In this document: one piece after another, positions 1-8,900 of the stretch | Position numbering within the stretch: the stretch's first letter is position 1 | Layout: every line of letters begins with the position of its first letter | DNA from: a virus | Taxonomy: Duplodnaviria > Caudoviricetes | IMG/VR virus record: IMGVR_UViG_3300022178_002083 | Span: 1-27,751 of that record | Reading direction: 5' to 3' (one strand) | Length of the DNA stretch: 27,751 nucleotides | The notes under the pieces: model-generated | Told to the model about the DNA's origin: nothing | Seen by the model: the letters and a program-made list of their open reading frames with translations, nothing else | Database searches by the model: none | Translations under genes and position numbers: made by a program

Positions 1-1
1 A

Positions 2-187
2 TTACACGCAACGGAGTGGTTTAAGACTAAGTTCCCAGAGCGTTACGACTACCTAATGAAAGCTGCACAGCAGAAGTGGAAGATACCTACGGCCACTCTA
101 GCTGAGTTACATGAGGACACCAAGGCCGATGGTTCAGACTTTGGTGTTAAGTATTACGAGATGATAAAAGGAGTTATAAATGAATGA
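2..187 (+). CDS. 5'-truncated phage protein, C-terminus (possibly NinG/HNH-like)
   Basis: Open frame from the window edge, LHATEWFKTKFPERYDYLMKAAQQKW...KGVINE*. Its stop overlaps the next ATG (ATGAATGA). The family guess is weak. Confidence 0.55.
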   Translation, partial: LHATEWFKTKFPERYDYLMKAAQQKWKIPTATLAELHEDTKADGSDFGVKYYEMIKGVINE

Positions 188-266
188 TTGGCTAACTGGT
201 TCTGCATTAGTTATCATAATAATAAATGCCTTTATAATGATATGGATTGCATTGGAGGACAACTAA
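180..266 (+). CDS. small single-pass membrane peptide (28 aa)
   Basis: Read manually: MNDWLTGSALVIIIINAFIMIWIALEDN*. AAGGAG RBS upstream; TAATG coupling to the next ORF. Confidence 0.65.
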   Translation: MNDWLTGSALVIIIINAFIMIWIALEDN

Positions 267-367
267 TGAAGATGGATTATGAATATTGGCTAAACCTAAG
301 TATGATACTGTTCCTGATAATTATTATCGGGCTAATGATTAGAGACTATGGAGAGTATTTAAAATGA
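266..367 (+). CDS. small single-pass membrane peptide (33 aa)
   Basis: MKMDYEYWLNLSMILFLIIIIGLMIRDYGEYLK*. GGAGG RBS upstream; ATGA overlap with the next ORF. Confidence 0.65.
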   Translation: MKMDYEYWLNLSMILFLIIIIGLMIRDYGEYLK

Positions 368-441
368 GTGTAACATTGGAGTTTGCGTTGATAGCTTGTT
401 GTGTGATGTTGATAGCAATAGCAATATGGGGGAATGATTAA
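364..441 (+). CDS. small single-pass membrane peptide (25 aa)
   Basis: MSVTLEFALIACCVMLIAIAIWGND*. GGAGAG upstream; TAATG coupling to the ORF at 441. Confidence 0.6.
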   Translation: MSVTLEFALIACCVMLIAIAIWGND

Positions 442-716
442 TGTTACCTACAGACTCACAACAACGTAAAGACATACCCATATATCGTGGGTTTATAGCG
501 TACTTTCCAGACGCAATCGTCGAGGTTACTAAGCAATCCGTTGCAGGTAGTAAACAACACCACGGTGATGATGTCTGGTGGGATAAGAGTAAGTCTAGTG
601 ACGAACTCGATGCCCTTATGCGCCATATGCTAGAAGGGGATTGGGCTGCGGTGGCCTGGCGAGCAATGGCCAACTTACAAAGGAAATGTGATGCCCTACA
701 GCACAAAGAAATGTGA
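441..716 (+). CDS. DUF5664-like dATP/dGTP diphosphohydrolase domain protein
   Basis: YFPDAIVEVTKQSVAGSKQH...W...DALMRH...AAVAWRAMANLQ matches the family pattern as I recall it. Confidence 0.7.
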   Translation: MLPTDSQQRKDIPIYRGFIAYFPDAIVEVTKQSVAGSKQHHGDDVWWDKSKSSDELDALMRHMLEGDWAAVAWRAMANLQRKCDALQHKEM

Positions 717-1521
717 ACAGATTAGAAAGCGTGTAGATGAAATAGGTATCTACGAGACAGCACTAGAATATGGTATCTCAATGGAGAGCGTTAAACGTGC
801 TATGAGATATATAAAACCTAAGAAGGAGGATGAAAGTGCATTTGAAAGAAAGCGAAATTGCGTACTTAATGGGGGAAATACAGTTCTTGTCATCGGAGAC
901 CTGCACTCTCCCTTTGACCTTGAAGAGTATTTTGGTTTCGTTTGCGACGTTGCGGATGAATACAAGCCAAACCAAGTAGTATTCATTGGTGATGTTGTAG
1001 ACAATCATTACTCAAGCTACCACGAGACCGACCCAGATGGTATGGGTGGTCGTGATGAACTTGACCTAGCTGTTGATAGATTGAAGCGTTGGTACATGAG
1101 ATTCCCAGAGGCCTATGTAACTATAGGTAACCACGACCGCATGGTGATGCGTAAGAGTCAGACATCACATATACCACGCAGATGGATTAAGAGTTACGCT
1201 GAAGTACTAGAAACAGACAACTGGTACTTCACAGATCGAGTAGACATTGATGGTGTACAGTATATCCACGGTGAGGCAGGTACTGCCAGGACTAAGTGCA
1301 AGATGGATATGATGTCTACAGTACAAGGACACCTACATACCCAGGCCTATGTTGATTGGCAAGTGGGTCGTAAGTTCAAAGTCTTTGGTATGCAAGTGGG
1401 ATGCGGCATTGACTTCAATTCGTATGCTATGGCGTATGCCAAATCTGGTAAGAAGCCTGCCATAGGGTGTGGTGTGGTGATAGATGGTGAAGTGGCTATA
1501 AACAGGATGATGAAACTATGA
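688..1521 (+). CDS. calcineurin-like metallophosphoesterase with a possible N-terminal HTH
   Basis: Motifs GDLH, GDVVD, GNHD, HG and GHLH in canonical order. The N-terminal IYETALEYGISMESVKRAMR is HTH-like. Confidence 0.88.
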   Translation: MMPYSTKKCEQIRKRVDEIGIYETALEYGISMESVKRAMRYIKPKKEDESAFERKRNCVLNGGNTVLVIGDLHSPFDLEEYFGFVCDVADEYKPNQVVFIGDVVDNHYSSYHETDPDGMGGRDELDLAVDRLKRWYMRFPEAYVTIGNHDRMVMRKSQTSHIPRRWIKSYAEVLETDNWYFTDRVDIDGVQYIHGEAGTARTKCKMDMMSTVQGHLHTQAYVDWQVGRKFKVFGMQVGCGIDFNSYAMAYAKSGKKPAIGCGVVIDGEVAINRMMKL

Positions 1522-1730
1522 TCAGATTAGAACTACAGGTGGACAACTACACGGTTGTTATACAGCGAGAAGATGCCGAAGGCGTTGATGACTGCGTTAG
1601 TATGCTTAACGAGATATTCGACTGCCATCCCAATATAGAGGGTGAGATTGAACTGATTGAGGAGGAAGATGATAATATATACATCGAGCCTAATCAGCCT
1701 AAAGATCACATAGAACACGAAGGAATGTAA
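1518..1730 (+). CDS. small acidic hypothetical protein
   Basis: 70-aa D/E-rich ORF with an ATGA overlap to the upstream gene; last + strand gene before the terminator. Confidence 0.7.
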   Translation: MIRLELQVDNYTVVIQREDAEGVDDCVSMLNEIFDCHPNIEGEIELIEEEDDNIYIEPNQPKDHIEHEGM

Positions 1731-1782
1731 CTTAAACTAAGGAAAGGAGAAAATCCCTTACCCAAAAACTATTGCTGATGAT

Positions 1783-1806
1783 GCCCCTGTAACAAGGGGC
1801 TTTTTT
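1783..1806 (+). terminator. rho-independent terminator at the convergence of the two arms
   Basis: GCCCCT-gtaaca-AGGGGC followed by TTTTTT. Confidence 0.8.
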
Positions 1807-1830
1807 ATTGCCAGTATATAAATACTAAAC

Positions 1831-1992
1831 TCATTTGACTGGAGTGATTCTGAAGTGACCTATCATAAGTTCGATAGTTGAGTTACCATAAAGTTGTCTA
1901 CAGGCCTTCTCAAGGACTTGTCCCCGGTTATATTCATTTACTTCTACTACTGTTTCATTACCTGCTCTATCGACAACTCTATACATAGACAT
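1831..1992 (-). CDS. hypothetical protein (53 aa)
   Basis: Start re-called at ATG 1992 (MSMYRVVDRAGNETV...), preceded by a GGAGGAG RBS. The longer ORF-track start runs through hairpins. Confidence 0.65.
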   Translation of the reverse strand: MSMYRVVDRAGNETVVEVNEYNRGQVLEKACRQLYGNSTIELMIGHFRITPVK

Positions 1993-2010
1993 AACTCCTC
2001 CGTTAAGGTT

Positions 2011-2050
2011 AAAAAAAATAAAAGGGCATGGTGGTTTTAACGACTGCCCT
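2011..2050 (-). terminator. probable terminator after the holin-like gene
   Basis: Minus strand AGGGCA-(16 nt)-TGCCCT followed by TTTATTTTTTTT. Confidence 0.5.
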
Positions 2051-2103
2051 ACACCGCTAAACAGGGGAGAAAATGTAAAAACCCCCAGGTTAACCACCTA
2101 ACC

Positions 2104-2529
2104 TTATTTGACTTGAGATGATCCGAAGTAAAATCCTACCAATGCTAACATAGTCTGTCTAACCTCTGGTAGTAAAACGTATCCCTGTAATTCAATCCAA
2201 CCATTTCCTTTAGCAAACATATCACCAAAGAGGAATCCAAAAACGCCTCCTGTTGATCCTGCCTCAATAGTAACTGGTTCATTGAAGAATGCAAGTATGA
2301 ATGGCGCAAATATTACAGCGAATAATGTACACAGAGCAATAACCCTGCGAATCCATACACCGCCCGCACCTGTTCTTTTGGCCGCAGCATCAGCAGAAGC
2401 ATCCGCAGCACCTTGTTTCTTGAGCATACCTTCAAGCATTTGAGCTTGGTTCTGTGTATTGGCGGCAATGAGCTTCATAATGAAACCACTCATACTACCA
2501 CCAAGCATAGCTAATAGTTCTACACTCAT
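2104..2529 (-). CDS. holin-like multi-pass membrane protein
   Basis: Hydrophobic N-terminal helix, central TM (VIALCTLFAVIFAPFILAFF) and C-terminal LVGFYFGS typical of 3TM-holin-like phage proteins; lies at the end of the late operon. Confidence 0.65.
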   Translation of the reverse strand: MSVELLAMLGGSMSGFIMKLIAANTQNQAQMLEGMLKKQGAADASADAAAKRTGAGGVWIRRVIALCTLFAVIFAPFILAFFNEPVTIEAGSTGGVFGFLFGDMFAKGNGWIELQGYVLLPEVRQTMLALVGFYFGSSQVK

Positions 2530-2762
2530 CTATATCTCGCTGTTTTTTTAGCAATCTTCTTGGGCTGTTTAACGAATTGCTTACCCTGTTTGTTACCTTT
2601 TGCTTTCGCACGATTGGTTGCTGCCTTCTCAGCAGGAGATAATGATTTCCACGCAGCGTCTGGAAGGTATCTTTTTTTACCCTTCGAGGGTTTGCCATCT
2701 GATGTACGCCACTTCTGTTTCGTCCATTTGTTGAGCATAGTCTGTGGCTTCTTCATTGCCAT
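2526..2762 (-). CDS. basic protein, DUF5872-like C-terminal half
   Basis: KWTKQKWRT...RYLPDAAWKSLSPAEKAATNRAK...GKQFVKQP; very Lys-rich. Confidence 0.7.
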   Translation of the reverse strand: MAMKKPQTMLNKWTKQKWRTSDGKPSKGKKRYLPDAAWKSLSPAEKAATNRAKAKGNKQGKQFVKQPKKIAKKTARYR

Positions 2763-2938
2763 TAGTCTCTGTAGCCTCCACCTTTAGCCTTGTACTGACG
2801 AGCCAACATCTGTGCCTTACGAGCCGACCATTGGCCTGGCTTACCACCTTTACCACTTGCTTTGATGCGATTGAATAGTGTCTTACGCATTCCTGGTTTA
2901 GTGTAGTTACCTGCCTCGTTGACTCGTGACTTCTTCAT
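2762..2938 (-). CDS. basic protein, DUF5872-like N-terminal half (58 aa, missing from the ORF track)
   Basis: MKKSRVNEAGNYTKPGMRKTLFNRIKASGKGGKPGQWSARKAQMLARQYKAKGGGYRD*; coupled to both neighbours. Confidence 0.75.
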   Translation of the reverse strand: MKKSRVNEAGNYTKPGMRKTLFNRIKASGKGGKPGQWSARKAQMLARQYKAKGGGYRD

Positions 2939-3135
2939 CGCAGTAACTTGCCTCCGAGTATAGCAATACCTGCTAGTACAATACCGACAAACAGCGCACG
3001 GCCGATCATCAATGATGTTGTGTCTACTACCTTAAGTATCTGTCCGAGTACCGGGAGGTGCTTACTATCAATATACTTAGAAGCAGTTGATACCCACTCT
3101 TTTTCTTTCACGCTAAAGCTACCATCTGCTTTCAT
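2935..3135 (-). CDS. small membrane protein with a C-terminal TM
   Basis: 66 aa, TM ALFVGIVLAGIAILGG; overlaps both neighbours. Confidence 0.7.
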   Translation of the reverse strand: MKADGSFSVKEKEWVSTASKYIDSKHLPVLGQILKVVDTTSLMIGRALFVGIVLAGIAILGGKLLR

Positions 3136-3680
3136 TATCGATTCCTCGCTAGTAGTAGTAGGCCACCTGCTAGTCCAACCATGCCAATAGCGGCAGGTTC
3201 AGGAACAACTGTTAGCTCTGCATCGCTGTATATTTTAAAATCAACTGTACCTAAAGACTCAGGATCATAGCTTGTGATAACAGCCACTAGCTCGTTAGAG
3301 AACTCAACGTCTTCGAGGTAGAAAAATAATCCATCTTCAAGCTCTTCATTACCATCATCGTCTGAGGCCTGGAGAGTGTAGACTTCAGCGAACCCAGATG
3401 TGCCATCGAACATACGATTCTCTATTGAGTACAGGTAAAGGTATGGGTCGTTGTAGTCATACTCATCTTGGTATGAGAACAGGTCTGCATCGTAGTTGTC
3501 GAAGGTTACAGTAGCATCACCATCTGTGTAGATACGGAACACGTCATAGTGAAACTTCTCCTGCTCATCAAAGAAGTAGTTTCCTTCTGATAAGGTAGCA
3601 GTCAAATCGTATTCGTAATCCGCATAGGCTGAAATACCTACACCCAACATCAAAGCTATACTCAATAATAATTTCTTCAT
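3135..3680 (-). CDS. secreted PEP-CTERM sorting-domain protein
   Basis: Signal peptide MKKLLLSIALMLGVGISAYA. Acidic beta domain with DPYLYLY...ASDDDG (PPC/DVUA0089-like). C-terminal VVPEP, TM helix, then RNR. Confidence 0.85.
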   Translation of the reverse strand: MKKLLLSIALMLGVGISAYADYEYDLTATLSEGNYFFDEQEKFHYDVFRIYTDGDATVTFDNYDADLFSYQDEYDYNDPYLYLYSIENRMFDGTSGFAEVYTLQASDDDGNEELEDGLFFYLEDVEFSNELVAVITSYDPESLGTVDFKIYSDAELTVVPEPAAIGMVGLAGGLLLLARNR

Positions 3681-3681
3681 C

Positions 3682-3834
3682 CTACTTTCTCTTGGTTACC
3701 CATCTTATAAACTTTCTGAACTTGTTGTTTTTAGGCAGAAACATAGAGATAGTTGCTAGGATTCCAAGTGTAGCTACACCTGCACCGATCAAGTTATCCT
3801 GTATCTGCTCCATAATAATCTTTAAATAAATCAT
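3682..3834 (-). CDS. small membrane protein (50 aa, missing from the ORF track)
   Basis: MIYLKIIMEQIQDNLIGAGVATLGILATISMFLPKNNKFRKFIRWVTKRK*: one TM plus a basic tail; fills the gap exactly with an ATGA overlap. Confidence 0.7.
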   Translation of the reverse strand: MIYLKIIMEQIQDNLIGAGVATLGILATISMFLPKNNKFRKFIRWVTKRK

Positions 3835-4352
3835 ATATCGCTCCCATCTGACTCGTTGTTGAGATTGTTGGGTACTGCACCATTAGCGAATGCGTCTTTC
3901 ACCGCTTGTTCTGCCTCACTCACTTCTGTCTTACCTTCGCCCACCTTGATGCCCATAAACGACTTGGTCTTGGGTATCTCTTGATCAGAGAACTTGGAGC
4001 CTTCGGGTGGTGTGATTGTACCTGTGGTGTTTAGCTCCTGTATCATAGGTGCGGCTTCTTGTACGATCTGTACTGAGTTGTCTACGATTGCGTCTGCTTG
4101 GAAGTATGTAGCAGAGCTAAGTGCGATAACGCCTGATGCACCAATGCTTTGAGCCTGTGCGATGGCTGTGCTGATTACAGTTTCTTTTGCGATCTCGGCT
4201 GATACTTCGATAGCACCAGAGCCTATGGATTCGGTTACTGTTTCCTTGCCAGAGTAGATATCATTAGGCTTCTCCACCTTAATCTTCTCACCGCTACTTT
4301 CGGTGGAAGTGATGTAGCCCTCAATGATTACCTTCTGACCATCCTCAATCAT
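3831..4352 (-). CDS. hypothetical protein
   Basis: 173-aa ORF, co-oriented and overlapping its neighbours; no motif recognised. Confidence 0.7.
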   Translation of the reverse strand: MIEDGQKVIIEGYITSTESSGEKIKVEKPNDIYSGKETVTESIGSGAIEVSAEIAKETVISTAIAQAQSIGASGVIALSSATYFQADAIVDNSVQIVQEAAPMIQELNTTGTITPPEGSKFSDQEIPKTKSFMGIKVGEGKTEVSEAEQAVKDAFANGAVPNNLNNESDGSDI

Positions 4353-4587
4353 CTAGTTCCCATCTAAACAATACTTCATTAACAACACTAGCTACTTCGT
4401 CTGATGTGAGTGCTGTATAATCTGAAACTTCTAATGCAAACGTACCTGCATCGGTTTGCTCTGGAACAGTAATGTATTGAGTTGTGTTATCTCCATCCCA
4501 ACCTAATGGGCATTGTAGTCGGCCTTCTTCTTCAGCCTTTGCCCAAGCATTTGCCTCGTTTGTAAATACTAAATAACTACCAATCAT
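4345..4587 (-). CDS. hypothetical protein, possible tail accessory/chaperone
   Basis: 80-aa acidic ORF coupled to the upstream tail-like gene. Confidence 0.6.
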   Translation of the reverse strand: MIGSYLVFTNEANAWAKAEEEGRLQCPLGWDGDNTTQYITVPEQTDAGTFALEVSDYTALTSDEVASVVNEVLFRWELDD

Positions 4588-5504
4588 ACGCTTAACCCAT
4601 TTAATGCACCTATTAATGAATTTTGTTCATCTAAACTCAATGATCTGTCAAATATACAAGCACAAGATAAGTTAAAGTTTTGACCTGCTGATCTAAACGT
4701 AGAGCCAACTCGCCATCCACCAATACCAAATCTAGTTGTAGCAGGTTCAGTAATTGTACCGCAGTCATCTGTATTATCTACTGGACTTTGGTTGTCGTGT
4801 CTAACTCGTCTACTTGTTGTACTTGTGTGAACTGAGTAGATTGATTTACCAACACTAGTTGTAGGACTTAATGTAATAGAAGCAGTTTTAAGAGATGAAC
4901 CAAAGTCATCCGCTTTGTATATTTCATCACCGCCTGTTATCTGTGTTGTTAGCTGTCTATGTGCGGCTCCGTGTACTGGAACAAAACCAAAACTTGTTCC
5001 ACCACTACTTGCATTATAGTAAGTAAATAATGGGTTGGCATAACTTGTATTAGAATCACTTTGAGGTCTGTATCTAGCACCAAATGTTAGGTCGCCATCA
5101 AAGTCCGCTCTAGTACCTATAGCTGATATATCAAGGCTGTGAACAAAATCATTTTGAAAACTTATAGAACGCTCTGAAGCTGAACCACGCAATGGTTGAT
5201 ACCCTACTGTTCCCATCTGCAAGTGAGTGTTAGATGAGTTACTGCCACCTGCCACTTGGTCATACATCTTTGCTACACGAGCAGTAGTACCACTAGCAAA
5301 CGTATCGTATGTAGAACCCCAAAGCTCTTCCTCAGTAAAGTCCTGTTCAGCCGCATCACTAGCTCGTCTAAGTCGTACAATAGGCTGATTGCTATGCATG
5401 ATATCTGTAGAGCCATACACAGCAAAAGGATTTAAGTCAGCTAATGCACTACTTCCCTCATATCTAGGAAATGAGATATTACCTAATGACAGATTTAAAT
5501 GCAT
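4584..5504 (-). CDS. putative tail/receptor-binding protein (lectin/LamG-like beta-sandwich)
   Basis: S/T/G-rich. VRLRRASDAAEQDF...VAKMYDQ and C-terminal IFDRSLSLDEQNSL resemble concanavalin-like phage tail domains. Confidence 0.55.
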   Translation of the reverse strand: MHLNLSLGNISFPRYEGSSALADLNPFAVYGSTDIMHSNQPIVRLRRASDAAEQDFTEEELWGSTYDTFASGTTARVAKMYDQVAGGSNSSNTHLQMGTVGYQPLRGSASERSISFQNDFVHSLDISAIGTRADFDGDLTFGARYRPQSDSNTSYANPLFTYYNASSGGTSFGFVPVHGAAHRQLTTQITGGDEIYKADDFGSSLKTASITLSPTTSVGKSIYSVHTSTTSRRVRHDNQSPVDNTDDCGTITEPATTRFGIGGWRVGSTFRSAGQNFNLSCACIFDRSLSLDEQNSLIGALNGLSV

Positions 5505-5845
5505 TACGAAGTCGCTGTTTCAATATCCAAAGGAACAACTACAACAATTTGACTTGCTGTTATGTAACCATTTGCAGGTAAGATGAAAGGCCGAGTGCTG
5601 TTTTTAGCTGCGATAAATCCAACGCTATCACCTGCTGATGGTGTTCCTGATGCAGCTGATCCTACTTGAATTTTGAAGTAGCAGTCAGTCGAGCTAGTAT
5701 TGTGTACTTCAACAATAAGCTCATCAGTTTCAGATAATCTTTCTCCTGTTCCTGCAGAAGCTATCTGTATAGCACCAGAAGTCTTTAAGCCACCAACCTG
5801 TATGGTCGTACCTTTACCTCCGAATTGTTTTGCCGGGATTCCCAT
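5504..5845 (-). CDS. putative small virion structural protein
   Basis: 113 aa, beta-rich, AGGAG RBS, TAATG-coupled to the 306-aa gene. Confidence 0.6.
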   Translation of the reverse strand: MGIPAKQFGGKGTTIQVGGLKTSGAIQIASAGTGERLSETDELIVEVHNTSSTDCYFKIQVGSAASGTPSAGDSVGFIAAKNSTRPFILPANGYITASQIVVVVPLDIETATS

Positions 5846-5867
5846 ATAATTTCTCCTATCTGGTTAG

Positions 5868-5900
5868 AATTATTAATATATTTTATAAATCTTTGTCAAG
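5868..5900 (-). promoter_or_regulatory. possible sigma70-type promoter
   Basis: TTGACA at 5894-5899 (minus) in an AT-rich intergenic gap; no consensus -10 at 17 bp. Confidence 0.4.
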
Positions 5901-5909
5901 TTTAAACTC

Positions 5910-8900
5910 TTAATAAGTAGGTAATTTAATTCTTTTCACCTTCTTCTTCTTTTTCTCTGTTCTAGTTTGCATTGATAAACCTACAAACTCACCTGCTAGC
6001 TCCGTAGCTATCTCGTTAAATGCGTGGTCGTTCTCTATGCCTTCCCATACATTCGCAAGAGATATAGGCATTGCTCTCTCACCTAGTACACGATACCAGG
6101 CAATGTCTTCTCTGGTTACGTACCGCTTACCAGTAAGTAGCTCTGCACTACCGCTGATCCATGGCGATGCTTTGTATTTAAAGAACGTGTTAAGAGCCTG
6201 CTGTGTTATGTCTACCTTCACTTCTTCACCAGACAATCTCTTAACGGCCGCATCACTTGCTTTAGCTAGTAATCTGAAGTTCGGCCCCATGCCTGCAAAC
6301 AAGTCCATTCTAGTTCTTCCAAACTTAATTAAGCCAAAGTCAGACTCTTCTGGGTCATCGCCAACCTCTGCGCCTGCTAGTAGTGCAAATCCAAATACAA
6401 TAGAGTAGGTTGTAATTAGTGATGCCCATTGTTTAGCTATCTCTTCAGCTACGGCTCTCTCTTCGTTCTTAACGAAACCTTTGTACATCTTGCCAACTGC
6501 CTCTGGTGCTACAAAGAATCTAGATGCTGCGAATCGTGGTGAGAACATCAATGTAGATAAGAACTGCGCCCCTGCTTCAAGCTGATATAAGTCTCCACGG
6601 CCAGACGCTGTATTGATGTAGTGGGCCATAGATTTTAGCTCAAGCTGTGTAGCGTTAGGATTAGCCTCTACGAATGCGTCAAACGCTGCGGCTCTCATAA
6701 CATTCAACATGATAACCATGTGACGCTCTGATGCACCCATAACCACAGATACTGGTTTACCTACTCCCGGTAGCTTGTATATTACGTCCAATGCTTTCGA
6801 GCTAAATGCCTCTTCCGATATATTCAAACCTGTATCTAGTGATGAGAAGAATAAACCTGCACCCTCTCGTATAAGTGACATCTCATCGTTTTCTAATATA
6901 GTCATCACTTGACTAGCAAAGGTAGGATCAAGCATAGCTTTTGCTGCTATACCAACCGATTTGACAAACTCCTTAGGATGACGCACACCAAGTAAGAAAC
7001 CCTGTCTGAATACAGCAGACATATCAGCGGTAGCCATAAACGCACGAGGTAGTGCCGCCCAATCAGCTATCTGCTCAAATGTAGTTCTTGGTTTGAGGTC
7101 GTTAATTGCACGTCTAATTAAACGCTCGTTTCTGGCCTGGACATCTAGCAGAAGTTTTAACTCCTCATCCATTATCTCTTTTTTCTCTTTAGGGTTGAGA
7201 TAAGTAGCGAAGTCACGCTCATTCATTATGCGCTCTTGCTCCGCTATTTTAGCCTTAACATTCTCTTTACGCTTCTCTTCGAACTTGATCTGTTGTGCCT
7301 GCTGATACCACTCGGTGTCACGAATCTGCTGTCTTAGCTCCTCGATAGTCTCACCGTATCCCATTGGGTCTGTGATCTGTGGCTTTTCTTTTTCTGGCAG
7401 TCTACCAGTTGCAAGTATCTCGTTTAGTTCACCTATGCGATCTTGCTGACGTAGTAGCTTCTGCTTCTCTTTAATGCTGAGTTGTACATCGTTAAGCTGT
7501 TCTCTTTGCTTGGGTGCTACATTAGCTCTGTACCATCCTGCGACTTGATTGCTTAGTTCTTCTAGTCTAGCCTTTTGCTCGGCTTCTACTCTAGCTTTAC
7601 GCTCTGCATCATTCTTAATGCGTCTAGCTTCTTTGATCTGTAGCTCTAGCTCTTTGATCTCTGTGCGGAATGCCTCTAGTCTTTGTGACTGTGGGTGACG
7701 AGTGTTGCGAGCAAACTTAGGTGGCTCACCGTAGTCAATGATAGTGCGTAGCAGTAGAAGTCTATCTTGCGCTCGGAGTTCAGCACGTTTGGTAAACAGT
7801 TGTTCAGCGGCTTTCTTAATGCGCTCTGACTGTTCTTTCTTCTGTGGCCGTATAGGACGAGATATCTCATCTAAGTATATTTCGATGTTACTAATCTCTG
7901 TAAGCATACGAGCAACGGCCGCATCTTCTTTTACACTAGCTGAGTGCGCTTCTTTTAGCTTGTTAAGTATGTTGCGTAAATTCTGTACCTCTGCTGACTT
8001 AGGACGCTGTACACGTTTAGGATCAAATATTTCATCCATTGCATTGTTAATCTGAACCATCAAGTCTGACTGTAAAGTCAACGCCTTCAACACTTTACGT
8101 GCTTCTGATTCAGTCTTAGGTATACGCTGAATACGGCCAGATATAGCACCATATATATCGAAGTCTAATACATCTGGTAGTACGCCTCTAATCTCACCAA
8201 CGATATCATCGAGGTCTCTGTAACCCTCTTGTATTAATACTTTAGCCATCTCACGAATGTCTGTAGCCAGGCTAGGTGATATTGCATACATCTGAGACTT
8301 ACCAAATCCAGTAATGTCATATCCCTTCTTCTGCATGCGTTCAATGAGTTTGTCTTTTTGTGACAGAGTTTTCTTACCTGCTTTTGTTCCGACACTCTTA
8401 ACTTCTTGATCTATAAATAGCTTGCCTGCTTTTCTGTCTTGATCACGAACAGTAGTTTCTTGTTTGCGTCTGTAATCTTCCACAGCCTGTCTACTTGCTT
8501 CAAACTCCTCAGACAACTCGCTTAAGTTCTTAAGCTCTTCTTCAGTTAAATCATCTGTGTTGCCTAGTCGTTGTTTAGCGTATGTGGCTCGTCTAATTAT
8601 AGATACGAGTGAGTAGTCTTCGTTAAGAGCTATTCTTCTCGCATTTAACGCACGGCCAGTAGCAGAACCAGAACGAGCATCTGCTCTCACTAGTAGGCTG
8701 ATTTCTGCTAGTCTGTCTTCATACTGCTTGCTTAAATCTACAATAGTGTTCTGGCTAGTAGATTGCTCAATAGAGTCTCTGATCTCATTAAGCTCATTGC
8801 GTAGCTGAGTAACACGATACACAAGCATGGCGTGTTGCTGATCGCTGAGTATAAGATCATTCTCAAGAGCATCGATAGCTAAGTTTTTAACATCTATTGG

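Noticed and set aside
441-716. Z-genome (2-aminoadenine) system
   Set aside because: A DUF5664-like gene alone is insufficient; no purZ, datZ or polymerase in the window.
359-1718. Minus-strand ORFs 359-706, 750-1004, 778-1008 and 1533-1718
   Set aside because: Shadows of well-supported, coupled + strand genes.
1993-2097. Longer start for the 1831 ORF
   Set aside because: It runs through hairpins and a T-tract; the strong RBS sits at ATG 1992.
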